Positions 35,593 through 47,682 of a stretch of DNA of 64,000 nt are shown here, piece after piece; position 1 is the first letter of the stretch; each line of letters opens with the position of its first letter. The translations under genes were made by a program, and so were the position numbers. This stretch comes from Anthoceros angustus (Eukaryota; Plantae; Anthocerotophyta), in contig VJWM01000204.1 of the NCBI GenBank assembly GCA_010909165.1, positions 279,232-343,231 of the forward strand. Direction: 5' to 3'. Below the pieces are notes generated by a model. It saw nothing but the letters and a program-made list of their open reading frames with translations. It ran no database searches and was not told the origin of the DNA.

Positions 35593-37830
35593 CTTAAAAA
35601 GATCACTATCCGTATTTGTAACTTGGACCATGCATAGTGATCTCCAGCGGTGTATAGCTGGAGCTGATACCGATCCCTTTCAAGTTGCACAAGATCTGAC
35701 AGGACATTGTTTCTCCGTGTCTCGATCCTGTCTACATCAGTCCCCCTACCTGCATCTGCGTCTGCATTAATATTGGCCATGAGAACATAGGCATGTAGGC
35801 CCTCACATGACAGTAGCATCTTCTCAGCCTCATCGAAATGGCCTGCACGCCCAAGAAGATCAATCATGCAATTGTAGTGCTCAACAGTAGGTTTGATGCC
35901 ATGCTGTTCAGCCATGGAGTCAAAGTGCTTGCGACCCTCGTGGACCAGTCCGCATGACTGCATGCTACCAAAAGGCAGCTAAAAGTAGCATCATTATTAG
36001 GCTGAATACCGGCAGCTAACATCTCCTCAAAACAAGCTATTCCTTGTGACCTTCATCACAAGCACCATACCCAGATATCAGGGCGGTCCATGTCACCACG
36101 TTCTTTGTGTTCATGCTGTCAAAACCTGGCGTGCATCTCCCAGTTCACCACATTTTGCATACATATCCACCAGGCAGGTGCCCAGCACTAAGTTATCCAG
36201 CAGTCCTCTTCAACAATCTGCCAGTGCAGCTGCCTGCCCTTCTGTAAGGCACCAGTGCTTCCACAGGCCTTCAGAAGGCAAGCAAAAGTAACATCGTCAG
36301 CCGAAACGAGGCCCGCCTCCTCCATTTGTCCACACACAACAAGGGCCTCTTGGCCGAGTCCTTGCATACATGTCCACCAGGCAGGTGCCAACCACTACCT
36401 CATCCAGCAGTCCTCCTTCACCAATGTGAGTGCAGCTGCCTGCCCTTCTGTAAGACACCAGAGCTTGGACAAGCTGTCAGAAGGCAAGCAAAAGTAACGT
36501 TGTCAGCCAAAATAAGGCCCGGCTCTGCCATTTGTCCATACACAGCAAGCGCATCTTGGCCGAATCCTTGCTGTGCATACCCAGCAGTCAGGGCCGTCCA
36601 TGTCAACACATCCTTCGAGACCAAGCTGTCAAAACCTGGCGCGCATTTTCCAGTTCACCACATTTTGCATACATGTCCACCAGGCAGTTGCCCAACACTA
36701 AGTTATCCAGCAGTCCTCTTTCAACAATCTGTAGCTGCCTGCCCTTCTGTAAGGCACCAGTGCTTCCACAGGCCTTCAGAAGGCAAGCAAAAGTAACATC
36801 GTCAGCCGAAACGAGGCCCGCCTCCTCCATTTGTCCACACACAAGGGCCTCTTGGCCGAGTCCTTGCATACATGTCCACCAGGCAGGTGCCAACCACTAC
36901 CTCATCCAGCAGTCCTCCTTCACCAATGTGCGAGTGCAGCTGCCTGCCCTTCTGTAAGACACCAGAGCTTGGACAAGCTGTCAGAAGGCAAGCAAAAGTA
37001 ACGTTGTCAGCCAAAATAAGGCCCGGCTCTGCCATTTGTCCATACACAGCAAGCGCATCTTGGCCGAATCCTTGCTGTGCATACCCAGCAGTCAGGGCCG
37101 TCCATGTCAACACATCCTTCGAGACCAAGCTGTCAAAACCTGGCGCGCATTTTCCAGTTCACCACATTTTGCATACATGTCCACCAGGCAGTTGCCCAAC
37201 ACTCCCAGCAATCAGGGCGGTCCATGTCGTCACATCCTTCGTGGCCAAGCTCTCAAAAATCTGGCGAGCATCTTCCAGTTCACCACATTTTGCATACATG
37301 TCCACCAGGCAGTTGCCCAGTACTACGCATCCAGCAGTCCTCTTTCGACAATCTGTGAGTGCAGCTGCCTGCCCGTCTGTAAGGCACCAGTGCTTGGACA
37401 GGCGTTCACAAGGCAAGCAAAAGTAATATCGTTAGCCAGAAGCAGGCCCTCCTGCTCCATTTGTCCATACACAACAAACGCCTCATGTCCAAGCCCTTGC
37501 TGGGCATTCCCAGCTATCAGGGCATTCCATGTCACCACATTCTTTGTCTTTGTGGGCATGCTGTCAAAACCTTGCGTCCATCTTTCAGTTCACCACATTT
37601 TGCATACATGTCCACCACGTAGGTGCCAGGAGAAATGCCGAAGTGCAACACATCGCAGTGTACTTTCCTGCCAGATTCCAAGTCGGTGGCCATGCACAAC
37701 CTTGAAGGGCAGCTACAAAGACATGAACATCCGCCTTCACTCCTGACCTGCGCATCTCATGGTACAGTTATATGGCGTCGTTAGGCTTCCCATGCTTAGC
37801 GTATGCAGATATTATGGAACACCACATAAA
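35593..37830 (-). pseudogene. PLS-PPR pseudogene copy 2, with ~504-bp internal tandem duplication
   Basis: Same motifs and lesions as copy 1. DVLTWTALTAGYAQQ occurs twice (~36600, ~37104). The 5' end reads NAFMWCSIISAYAKHG. Confidence 0.9.
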
Positions 37831-38465
37831 GGCATTCGCACTATTGGGAAAAGGACACCTCTCTCTAGAAATCAGGGTGTCGGTTCGTTTTACTGGGGGT
37901 GCTCCGGGTCGTATTATTAGCCTCTTGCCTTTACAACGGGAGTGAGTCGGTTTACTACATACTGTAGTGTGTTTCGTCATGTGGCACGCTCTATGCTCCT
38001 TTAAACTGGATTTCTACTTCGACAGCAATCCTTACTTCAACAATGAAGTCATATGGTGTTTGTAGGTTTGGCTATCGTTATTTGTTATCAGAATCTCTGG
38101 ATGCATCTATGCGTGACAGTATTGATGACATTGACCTCTGGAATAGCGTTCCTCCACCAGATGACTGTTAGCCATACACATTTTGTTGCCTCGATGGTGA
38201 GAAACGGATTCCAGTCCTCGAATTCCAGTCACATGTGTGGAACGCATTCCAGTCGTCGAACATTTTACTTGAATGGTCAAACAAGCATCAGCGCAGATCG
38301 ATGTGGTACCTAGTCTATTCACAAGTTTCTGAAGCCAGAAACTGCCAGTACATAGCTATGTAAATTCATCGTCGATGACATTGACATAATGAATGAGTAC
38401 GCCTGCTGGCAGGCCCTAAGCCTGCAGGAACTACTGGACAATTTCAGAAACGATGTGCGGTAAAG

Positions 38466-39149
38466 TTAGGAGGAATCCACAAACTGGGCGAAGATAGAGT
38501 GCAATTGCTCCACCTCCTCCCCGCTGATGAAGAAGGACTTGGCCAGCAGCTCCGTTTTGATTCCTGACCCGAACAGCGAGAGTGGCATGAGCTGGATTCC
38601 CGGGTTCTGGCCGTTGAGCACGTTGAGGCTGGCGGCGTGGGTCTTGCCCACATTGAGCTGGAAGTGGAGCAAGCCTCTTGGGAAGATGAAGGCCTCGCCC
38701 CTCTTCACCACCTTGGCGTACAGCTTGTTGCTGTTGGTGACGAAGCCAGTGTAAATCTCACCTTCGAGGCAGAATAGAATCTCGGTGGCCAGGTTGTGGG
38801 TGTGGGGCACAATGACTCCGCCCGGCGCCAGGTCCAGGCGCGCCAGCGACAGACCCAGCGTGTTGAGAGCAGGCCAGTCGCCCACGAAGCCGAAAGTGGC
38901 GGTGGCGTTCAATGGGTTGCCCGTGAGGTCGGCCGGCTTGCCCAGTTTAGCGAAGGCGAAATCTTCTGCTGTCACGTTGTCGGCCGGCCTGCAGGGGTAG
39001 CCGTTGATGGTCGCTCCCTTGGACAAATCAGCGACGCAGAAGTCCTGCAGGGGGTCGGGGTCGCTGGCACTGACTGCAATCGCAAGCATCAGCCCTGCGA
39101 TCGCAGCCACAGCACCCACGATCTGGATTGTCTTGGGTAAAGCGGCCAT
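38466..39149 (-). CDS. GLP: Germin-like protein GLP8 (B-type), fully intact 227-aa ORF
   Basis: Single frame [68 protein letters not shown]. The track's earlier start is a TTG. Confidence 0.97.
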   Translation of the reverse strand: MAALPKTIQIVGAVAAIAGLMLAIAVSASDPDPLQDFCVADLSKGATINGYPCRPADNVTAEDFAFAKLGKPADLTGNPLNATATFGFVGDWPALNTLGLSLARLDLAPGGVIVPHTHNLATEILFCLEGEIYTGFVTNSNKLYAKVVKRGEAFIFPRGLLHFQLNVGKTHAASLNVLNGQNPGIQLMPLSLFGSGIKTELLAKSFFISGEEVEQLHSIFAQFVDSS

Positions 39150-41575
39150 CGTGGAAGTGGACTGCAGCAGTGCAGGGACCTTGAGTTGCAAGTTGCTCCG
39201 ATTCTTGAGAAGGAGATTGGGACAAGCGCAATTCGCAAGCTGCGATAGCAGAGTCTACGGCAGGAGGATATGGACGAAAACAGACGAGGAGGGAGTTGCT
39301 CTTTACGGGCTTTCTACTGCAGAGCGAAGCTTGAGGTGCAAGCGATGTACGAGGAGAAAAATTCCTCGCAACGCGGTGAAGTCTGAGGTGATGCCGTACG
39401 GCAGTGTGGAGATCTCCGGACTGCAGCTGCCCAGCAATCGTGCATACATGGGAACTAAAGTGTTGCTCGCTTTGGAATCGGGAGAGGAAGATTGTCGTTG
39501 GAAGTTGAAGAAAGAAAATGCCTGGAAGTTGCGCGCTGAGCTTCCTGCCTCCTGGAGCTGCTTATCTCGAGACTCGAATCCCGAAACAACAGTTCTATTC
39601 CAGCGTCAAACATTAAATCTAAGTTAAATCTAGAATTTTATACTTTCTCGTGCGTAAGTGATTCCACAATGTCTTGCTTGAGTGAGACCTGGAATCCTGC
39701 TCTTCATGTCCACATGCTCGCCACGTTGTTTTGATGTTCCGTGTTCCAACTCTTAGTACAACTAGTAAGATGGGCCGTTTTCCTTGAGGAATATCAAAGT
39801 ACCTTCAGGAAGGACTCTCTACATTTCTACTCCTGATTTAGGTGGGTGCTAGAATTGATTAGCTTAAAATACTACGAGTGTCAGAATTCTTATTCTATTC
39901 ACCATAACTGATGTATGGATGATGGATTTGCAGTCCAAATAGCTTAGGCCAAATGCTTACACATTTATAAGATGGGGTGGTTACTTAGATGGGGTGGTTA
40001 AAGCTAATGGACATCTTTAATGCTAGTAGCTTAGGCACAACTTGGTACAAGTTGTCAATTACCAAATCCCATGATAGGAAAATGCTATCTAAGTGTACTA
40101 TAGTAACTTTTCTTCTAAGTGGAAAGTTTGGAAAGAATGGGGAATTTCATAAGTTATTGGCAATCACTTTGTCAATTGCTCTAGAGTTTTCCCTTCCAAG
40201 ATTCATAAAGTGCTGAAGAACTTGACATGAATTGTTTCTATGCAATCTCAGAGTTACAATTAGACCCAACAAGCATCTTTTGTGCAACTTCTTTCATTTC
40301 TTGGAGCTATCTGCTCTTCATGTCGAAAAACTGGTCTATTTTCCTTGAGGAATATCAAAGTACCTTCAGTAGGGCTCTCTACATTTCTACTCCTTATTTA
40401 AGTACCCTATTCAGGTGGGTGCTAGACCTTGATTAGCCAAAAATATTACAAGTGTCCAGATTCTTAATTGATTCACCATAACTGATGGGTGATGGATTTG
40501 CAGTCCAAACGGCTAACAATAAATAGACACACATTTATTCATAAGAACATAGTTGTTAAGAGCTTCTGCGCTTGCTTTGGTACTTGGGTGGTTAGAAGAA
40601 GTGGATGCCTGACTCTTAGTAGCTTGGGCACACCATGGTACAAGTTGTGAAGACCAAGTCGCATGATTGAAAATTCCATAGTAAGTAGAAAGCTTGAAAA
40701 GCACCAAGTCCCTGAATTTAATAATTCATAATAGTCACTCCATGCGCTGGTTGCTTTAGACTTGTTTCTCGTCCAAGCTACATAGCTACATAGCTTATTG
40801 TGCGGGTACATGGATGCCAAGTTGAGGTACTCTTTTGATTTTTGATTTTTCAAAACTATGATATTGAAAAACCAGGCCACCGGAATATATGCTCCAGTTG
40901 GTGAGTTCAAAATATGGGTAAAAATACATGTATGGAGTGATATGTATTATCAAAGACTTGTTTTGAATAGCTTCATCGTCTCATCCGGGGTTAAGCATCT
41001 TGTACTTTTCATCGAATATTTATATGGGCTGCCTAGAGTGGATGCCCTGACTGTTAGTAGCTTAGGCACAATATATGGTACAAGTTGTGTGAAGGACCAA
41101 GTTGCATGATACCAAAATTCCATCCATTGAACTATAATACGTAGAAAGCTTGAAAAGCACAATTTCGTAATTCACAGTAGTCACTGCGCTGGTTGCTTTA
41201 GACTTGTTTCTCGTCCAAGCTACATAGCTACATGATGTGCTAAAGGACGTGTGATGACTCGTTTCTCTGCAATAGCAAATGTCAGAGTTACAATTAGACC
41301 CAGCAAGTATCTTCTGCGAAGCTTCGTCTTCCATTTCCTGGGGCTATCCCTCTGTGCACAGACCTGCAGACACGAACATGGTTGCAACTTCCACACCAGC
41401 GCGCTTGGCAGCAATAAAGAGAGACTACCTCCTCGCCTGCCTTCATCATCTCCACCCATCAACATCGTGCTTGCAAACTTGTAGCTGCGGTCGGTTGCGT
41501 TCTCCCGTGAACGGCCCCCGTTCCCCTCTTGCCCATACGAGCTCGTCACCCAGCGATACGTCTCATTGATCAGCA

Positions 41576-42308
41576 ATGGCGGGTGTGTCCAAGACAATCC
41601 AGTTTGTGGGTGCTGTGGCTGCGATCGCAGGGCTGGTGCTTGCCATTGCAGTCAGTGCCAGCGACCCCGACCCTCTGCAGGACTTCTGCGTCGCCGATTT
41701 GTCCAAGGAGCGACCATCAACGGCTACCCCTGCAGGCCGGCGGACAACGTGACAGCAGAAGATTTCGCCTTCGCTAAACTGGGCAAGCCGGCCGACAACG
41801 TGACAGCAGAAGATTTCGCCTTCGCTAACCTGGGCAAGCAGGCCGACCTCACGGGCAACCCATTGAACGGCACCGCCACTTTCGGCTTCGTGGGCGACTG
41901 GCCTGCTCTCAACACGCTGGGCCTGTCGCTGGCGCGCCTGGACCTGGCGCCGGGCGGTGTCGTTATGCCCCACACCCACAACCTGGCCACCGAGATTCTT
42001 TTCTGCCTCGAAGGGAGATCTACACCGGCTTCGTCACCAACAGCAACAAGCTGTACGCCAAGGTGGTGAAGAGGGGCGAGGCCTTCATCTTCCCCAGAGG
42101 CTTGCTCCACTTCCAGCTCAATGTGGGCACAACGCACGCCGCCAGCCTCAATGTGCTCAACAGCCAGAACCCGGGCATCCAGCTCATGCCACTCTCGCTG
42201 TTCGGGTCAGGAATCAAAACAGAGCTGCTGGCCAAGTCCTTCTTCATCAGCGGAAAGGAGGTGGAGCAATTGCACTCCATCTTCGCCCAATTTGTGGATT
42301 CCTCCTAA
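41576..42308 (+). CDS. GLP: Germin-like protein GLP9 (A-type), mosaic copy with 51-bp in-frame duplication
   Basis: [35 protein letters not shown] at 41737-41838. Confidence 0.85.
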
Positions 42309-42709
42309 CTTTACCGCACATCGTTTCTGAAACTGTCCAGTAGTCCCTGGAGGCTAAGGGCCCGCCAGCAGGCGTACTCATTCATTATGTCCATGTCATC
42401 GACGATGAATTTACATAGCTATGTACTGGCAGTTTCTGGCTTCAGAAACTTGTGAATAGACTGGGTACCACATCAATCTGGGCTGATGCCTGGTTCACCT
42501 TGAGTAAAGTGTTCGACGACTGAAATGCGTACTATGCACACGTTCATTCTCACCATCGAAGCAACAAAACGAGTGTGATCTGGTGCGGCGCCGAGATACC
42601 CACAGAAAATTTGTTGGAAGGTGGTGACATGGATTTTCATCTTAGAAAGATGGGTGGTGCGAATGAATAATGAATGGGGGTGGGGATGAGTTAGAGATGT
42701 TGGCATGCC

Positions 42710-44415
42710 TTAAAAGATCACTATCCGTATTTGTAACTTGGACCATGCATAGTGATCTCCAGCGGTGTATAGCTGGAGCTGATACCGATCCCTTTCAAGT
42801 TGCACAAGATCTGACAGGACATTGTTTCTCCGTGTCTCGATCCTGTCTACATCAGTCCCCTACCTGCATCTGCGTCTGCATTAATATTGGCCATGAGAAC
42901 ATAGGCATGTAGGCCCTCACATGACAGTAGCATCTTCTCAGCCTCATCGAAATGGCCTGCACGCCCAAGAAGATCAATCATGCAATTGTAGTGCTCAACA
43001 GTAGGTTTGATGCCATGCTGTTCAGCCATGGAGTCAAAGTGCTTGCGACCCTCGTGGACCAGTCCGCATGACTGCATGCTACCAAAAGGCAGCTAAAAGT
43101 AGCATCATTATTAGGCTGAATACCGGCAGCTAACATCTCCTCAAAACAAGCTATTCCTTGTGACCTTCATCACAAGCACCATACCCAGATATCAGGGCGG
43201 TCCATGTCACCACGTTCTTTGTGTTCATGCTGTCAAAACCTGGCGTGCATCTCCCAGTTCACCACATTTTGCATACATATCCACCAGGCAGGTGCCCAGC
43301 ACTAAGTTATCCAGCAGTCCTCTTTCAACAATCTGCCAGTGCAGCTGCCTGCCCTTCTGTAAGGCACCAGTGCTTCCACAGGCCTTCAGAAGGCAAGCAA
43401 AAGTAACATCGTCAGCCGACTCCTCCATTTGTCCACACACAACAAGGGCCTCTTGGCCGAGTCCTTGCATACATGTCCACCAGGCAGGTGCCAGCCACTA
43501 CCTCATCCAGCAGTCCTCCTTCACCAATGTGCGAGTGCAGCTGCCTGCCCTTCTGTAAGGCACCAGTGCTTGGACAAGCTGTCAGAAGCAAAAGTAACGT
43601 TGTCAGCCAAAATAAGGCCCAGCTCTGCCATTTGTCCATACAGCAAGCGCATCTTGGCGAATCCTGTGCATACCCAACAGTCAGGGCCGTCCATGTCAAC
43701 ACATCCTTCGAGACCAAGCTGTCAAAAACCTGGCGCGCATTTTCCAGTTCACCACATTTTGCATACATGTCCACCAGGCAGTTGCCCAACACTCCCAGCA
43801 ATCAGGGCGGTCCATGTCGTCACATCCTTCGTGGCCAAGCTCTCAAAATCTGGCGAGCATCTTCCAGTTCACCACATTTTGCATACATGTCCACCAGGCA
43901 GTTGCCCAGTACTACGCATCCAGCAGTCCTCTTTCGACAATCTGTAGGTGCAGCTGCCTGCCCGTCTGTAAGGCACCAGTGCTTGGACAGGCGTTCACAA
44001 GGCAAGCAAAAGTAATATCGTTAGCCAAGCAGGCCCTCCTGCTCCATTTGTCCATACACAACAAACGCCTCATGTCCAAGCCCTTGCTGGGCATTCCCAG
44101 CTATCAGGGCATTCCATGTCACCACATTCTTTGTCTTTGTGGGCATGCTGTCAAAACCTTGCGTCCATCTTTCAGTTCACCACATTTTGCATTCATGTCC
44201 ACCACGTAGGTGCCAGAAATGCCGAAGTGCAACACATCGCAGTGTACTTTCCTGCCAGATTCCAAGTCGGTGGCCAATGCACAACCTTGAAGGGCAGCTA
44301 CAAAGACATGAACATCCGCCTTCACTCCTGACCTGCGCATCTCATGGTACAGTTATATGGCGTCGTTAGGCTTCCCATGCTTAGCGTATGCAGATATTAT
44401 GGAACACCACATAAG
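42710..44415 (-). pseudogene. PLS-PPR pseudogene copy 3
   Basis: Same motifs and shared lesions; has a single internal unit like copy 1. Confidence 0.88.
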
Positions 44416-45040
44416 GCATTCGCACTATTGGGAAAAGGGCACCTCTCTCTAGAAATCAGGTGTCAGTTCGCTTTACTAGGGGTGCTCCGGGTCGTATTAT
44501 TAGCCTCTTGCCTTTACAACGGGAGTGAGTCGGTTTACTAGATACTGTAGTGTGTTTCGTCATGTGGCACTCTATGCTCCTTTAAACTGGATTTCTACTT
44601 GACAGCAATCCTTACTTCAACAATGAAGTCATATATGGTTTGTAGGTTTGGCTATCGTTATTTGTTATCAGAATCTCTGGATGCATCTATGCGTGACAGT
44701 ATTGATGACATTGACCTCTGGAATAGCGTTCCTCCACCAGATGACTGTTAGCCATACACATTTTGTTGCCTCGATGGTGAGAAACGGATTCCAGTCCTCG
44801 AATTCCAGTCACATGTGTGGAACGCATTCCAGTCGTCGAACATTTTACTTGAATGGTCAACAAGCATCAGCGCAGATCGATGTGGTACCTAGTCTATTCA
44901 CAAGTTTCTGAAGCCAGAAACTGCCAGTACATATGTAAATTCATCGTCGATGACATTGACATAATGAATGAGTACGCCTGCTGGCAGGCCCTAAGCCTGC
45001 AGGAACTACTGGACAATTTCAGAAACGATGTGCGGTAAAG

Positions 45041-45722
45041 TTAGGAGGAATCCACAAACTGGGCGAAGATAGAGTGCAATTGCTCCACCTCCTCCCGCTG
45101 ATGAAGAAGGACTTGGCCAGCAGCTCCGTCTTGATTCCTGACCCAGACAGCGAGAGTGGCATGAGCTGGATTCCCGGGTTCTGGCCGTTGAGCGCAGTTG
45201 AGGCTGGCGGCGTGGGTCTTGCCCACATTGAGCTGGAAGTGGAGCAAGCCTCTTGGGAAGATGAAGGCCTCGCCCTCTTCACCACCTTGGCGTACAGCTT
45301 GTTGCTGTTGGTGACGAAGCCAGTGTAAATCACCTTCGAGGCAGAATAGAATCTCGGTGGCCAGGTTGTGGGTGTGGGGCACAATGACTCCGCCCGGCGC
45401 CAGGTCCAGGCGCGCCAGCGACAGACCCAGCGTGTTGAGAGCAGGCCAGTCGCCCACGAAGCCGAAAGTGGCGGTGGCGTTCAATGGGTTGCCCGTGAGG
45501 TCGGCCCGGCTTGCCCAGTTTAGCGAAGGCGAAATCTTCTGCTGTCACGTTGTCGGCCGGCCTGCAGGGGTAGCCGTTGATGGTCGCTCCCTTGGACAAA
45601 TCAGCGACGCAGAAGTCCTGCAGGGGGTCGGGGTCGCTGGCACTGACTGCAATCGCAAGCATCAGCCCTGCGATCGCAGCCACAGCACCCACGATCTGGA
45701 TTGTCTTGGGTAAAGCGGCCAT
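45041..45722 (-). CDS. GLP: Germin-like protein GLP10 (duplicate of GLP8); small indels
   Basis: [31 protein letters not shown], across ORFs 45330-45764 and 45041-45484. Confidence 0.85.
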
Positions 45723-47682
45723 CGTGGAAGTGGACTGCAGCAGTGCAGGGACCTTGAGTTGCAAGTTGCTCCGATTCTTGAGAAGGAGATTGGGACAAGC
45801 GCAATTCGCAAGCTGCGATAGCAGAGTCTACGGCAGGAGGATATGGACGAAAACAGACGAGGGGCGTTGCTCTTTACGGGCTTTCACTGCAGAGCGAAGC
45901 TTGAGGTGCAAGCGATACGAGGAGAAAATTCCTCGCAACGCGGTGAAGTCTGAGTGATGCCGACGGCAGTGTGGAGATCTCGACTGCAGCTGCCCAGCAA
46001 TCGTGCATACAGAACTAAAGTGTTGCTCGCTTTGGAATCAGGAGAGGAAGATGGTCGTTGGAAGTTGAAGAAAGAAAATGCCTGGAAGTTGCGCGCTGAG
46101 CTTCCTGCCTCCTGGAGCTGCTTATCCTCGAGACTCGAATCCCGAAACAACAGTTCTATGCCAGCGTCAAACATTAAATCTAAGTTAAATCTATAATTTT
46201 ATACTTTCTCGTGCGTAAGTGATTCCACAATGTCTTGCTTGAGTGAGACCTGGAATCCTGCTCTTCATGTCGACATGCTCTCCACGTTGTTTTGATGTTC
46301 CGTGTTCAACTCTTAGTACACCTAGTAAGATGGGCTGTTTTCAGCAGAATATCAAAGTACCTTCAGGAAGGACTCTCTACATTTCTCTGATTTAGGTGGG
46401 TGCTAGAATTGATTAGCTTAAAATACTACGAGTGTCGAAATTCTTATTCTATTCACCATAACTGATGTATGGATGATGGATTTGCAGTCCAAATAGCTTA
46501 GGCCAAATGCTTACACATTTATAAGATGGGGTGGTTACTTAGATGGGGTGGTTAAAGCTAATGGACATCTTTAATGCTAGTAGCTTAGGCACAACTTGGT
46601 ACAAGTTGTCAATTACAAATCCCATGATAGGAAAATGCTATCTAAGTGTACTATAGTAACTTTTCTTCTAAGTGGAAAGTTTGGAAAGAATGGGGAATTT
46701 CATAAGTTATTGGCAATCACTTTGTCAATTGCTCTAGAGTTTTCCTTCCAAGATTCATAAAGTGCTGAAGAACTTGACATGAATTGTTTCTATGCAATCT
46801 GAGTTACAATTAGACCCAACAAGCATCTTTTGTGCAACTTCTTTCATTTCTTGGAGCTATCCGCTCTTCATGTCGAAAACCGGTCTATTTTCCTTGAGGA
46901 ATATCAAAGTACCTTCAGGAAGGACTCTCTACATTTCTACTCCTTATTTAAGTACCCTCGGTGGGTGCTAGACCTTGATTAGCCAAAAATATTACAAGTG
47001 TCAGTTCTTAATTGATTCACCATAAGCGATGGGGTGATGGATTTGCAGTCCAAACGGCTAACAATAAATAGACACACATTTATTCATAAGAACATAGTTG
47101 TTAAGAGCTTCTGCGCTTGCTTTGGTACTTGGGTGGTTAGAAGAAGTGGATGCCCTGACTGTTAGTAGCTTAGGCACAATATATGGTACAAGTTGTGTGA
47201 AGGACCAAGTTGCATGATACCAAAATTCCATCCATTGAACTATAATACGTAGAAAGCTTGAAAAGCACAATTTCGTAATTCACAGTAGTCACTGCGCTGG
47301 TTGCTTTAGACTTGTTTCTCGTCCAAGCTACATAGCTACATGATGTGCTAAAGGACGTGTGATGACTCGTTTCTCTGCAATAGCAAATGTCAGAGTTACA
47401 ATTAGATCTAGCAAGTATCTTCTGCGAAGCTTCGTCTTCCATTTCCTGGCTATCCCTCTGTGCACAGACCTGCAGACACGAACATGGTTGCAACTTCCAC
47501 ACCAGCGCTTGGCAGCAATAAAGAGAGACTACCTCCTCGCCTGCCTTCATCATCTCCACCCATCAACATCGAGCTTGCAAACTTGTAGCTGCGGTCGGTT
47601 GCGTTCTCCCGTGAACGGCCCCGTTCCCCTCTTGCCCATATATACGAGCTCGTCACCCAGCGATACGTCTCATTGATCAGCA

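Larger units (their letters stand above)
28050..37830 (-). repeat. Right arm of large inverted duplication
   Basis: Reverse complement of 2229-11565 with scattered SNPs/indels and an extra ~504-bp PPR unit. Confidence 0.9.
35194..41575. repeat. Direct repeat unit 1 (PPR pseudogene, GLP8, divergent promoter)
   Basis: Colinear with 42309-47682. It carries two extra modules: ~504 bp in the PPR and ~440 bp at ~40600-41040. Confidence 0.88.
42309..47682. repeat. Direct repeat unit 2
   Basis: Matches 35194-41575. Confidence 0.88.

Noticed and set aside
2229-37830. Large inverted repeat as a fold-back chimeric read
   Set aside because: A fold-back would have little or no spacer. Here 16.5 kb of distinct, internally coherent sequence separates the arms, and the arms carry substitutions. 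A haplotype misjoin is not fully excluded.
38466-39149. Assignment as true germin / oxalate oxidase
   Set aside because: Residues equivalent to barley Asn75 and Asn85 are Ala and Ile/Val.
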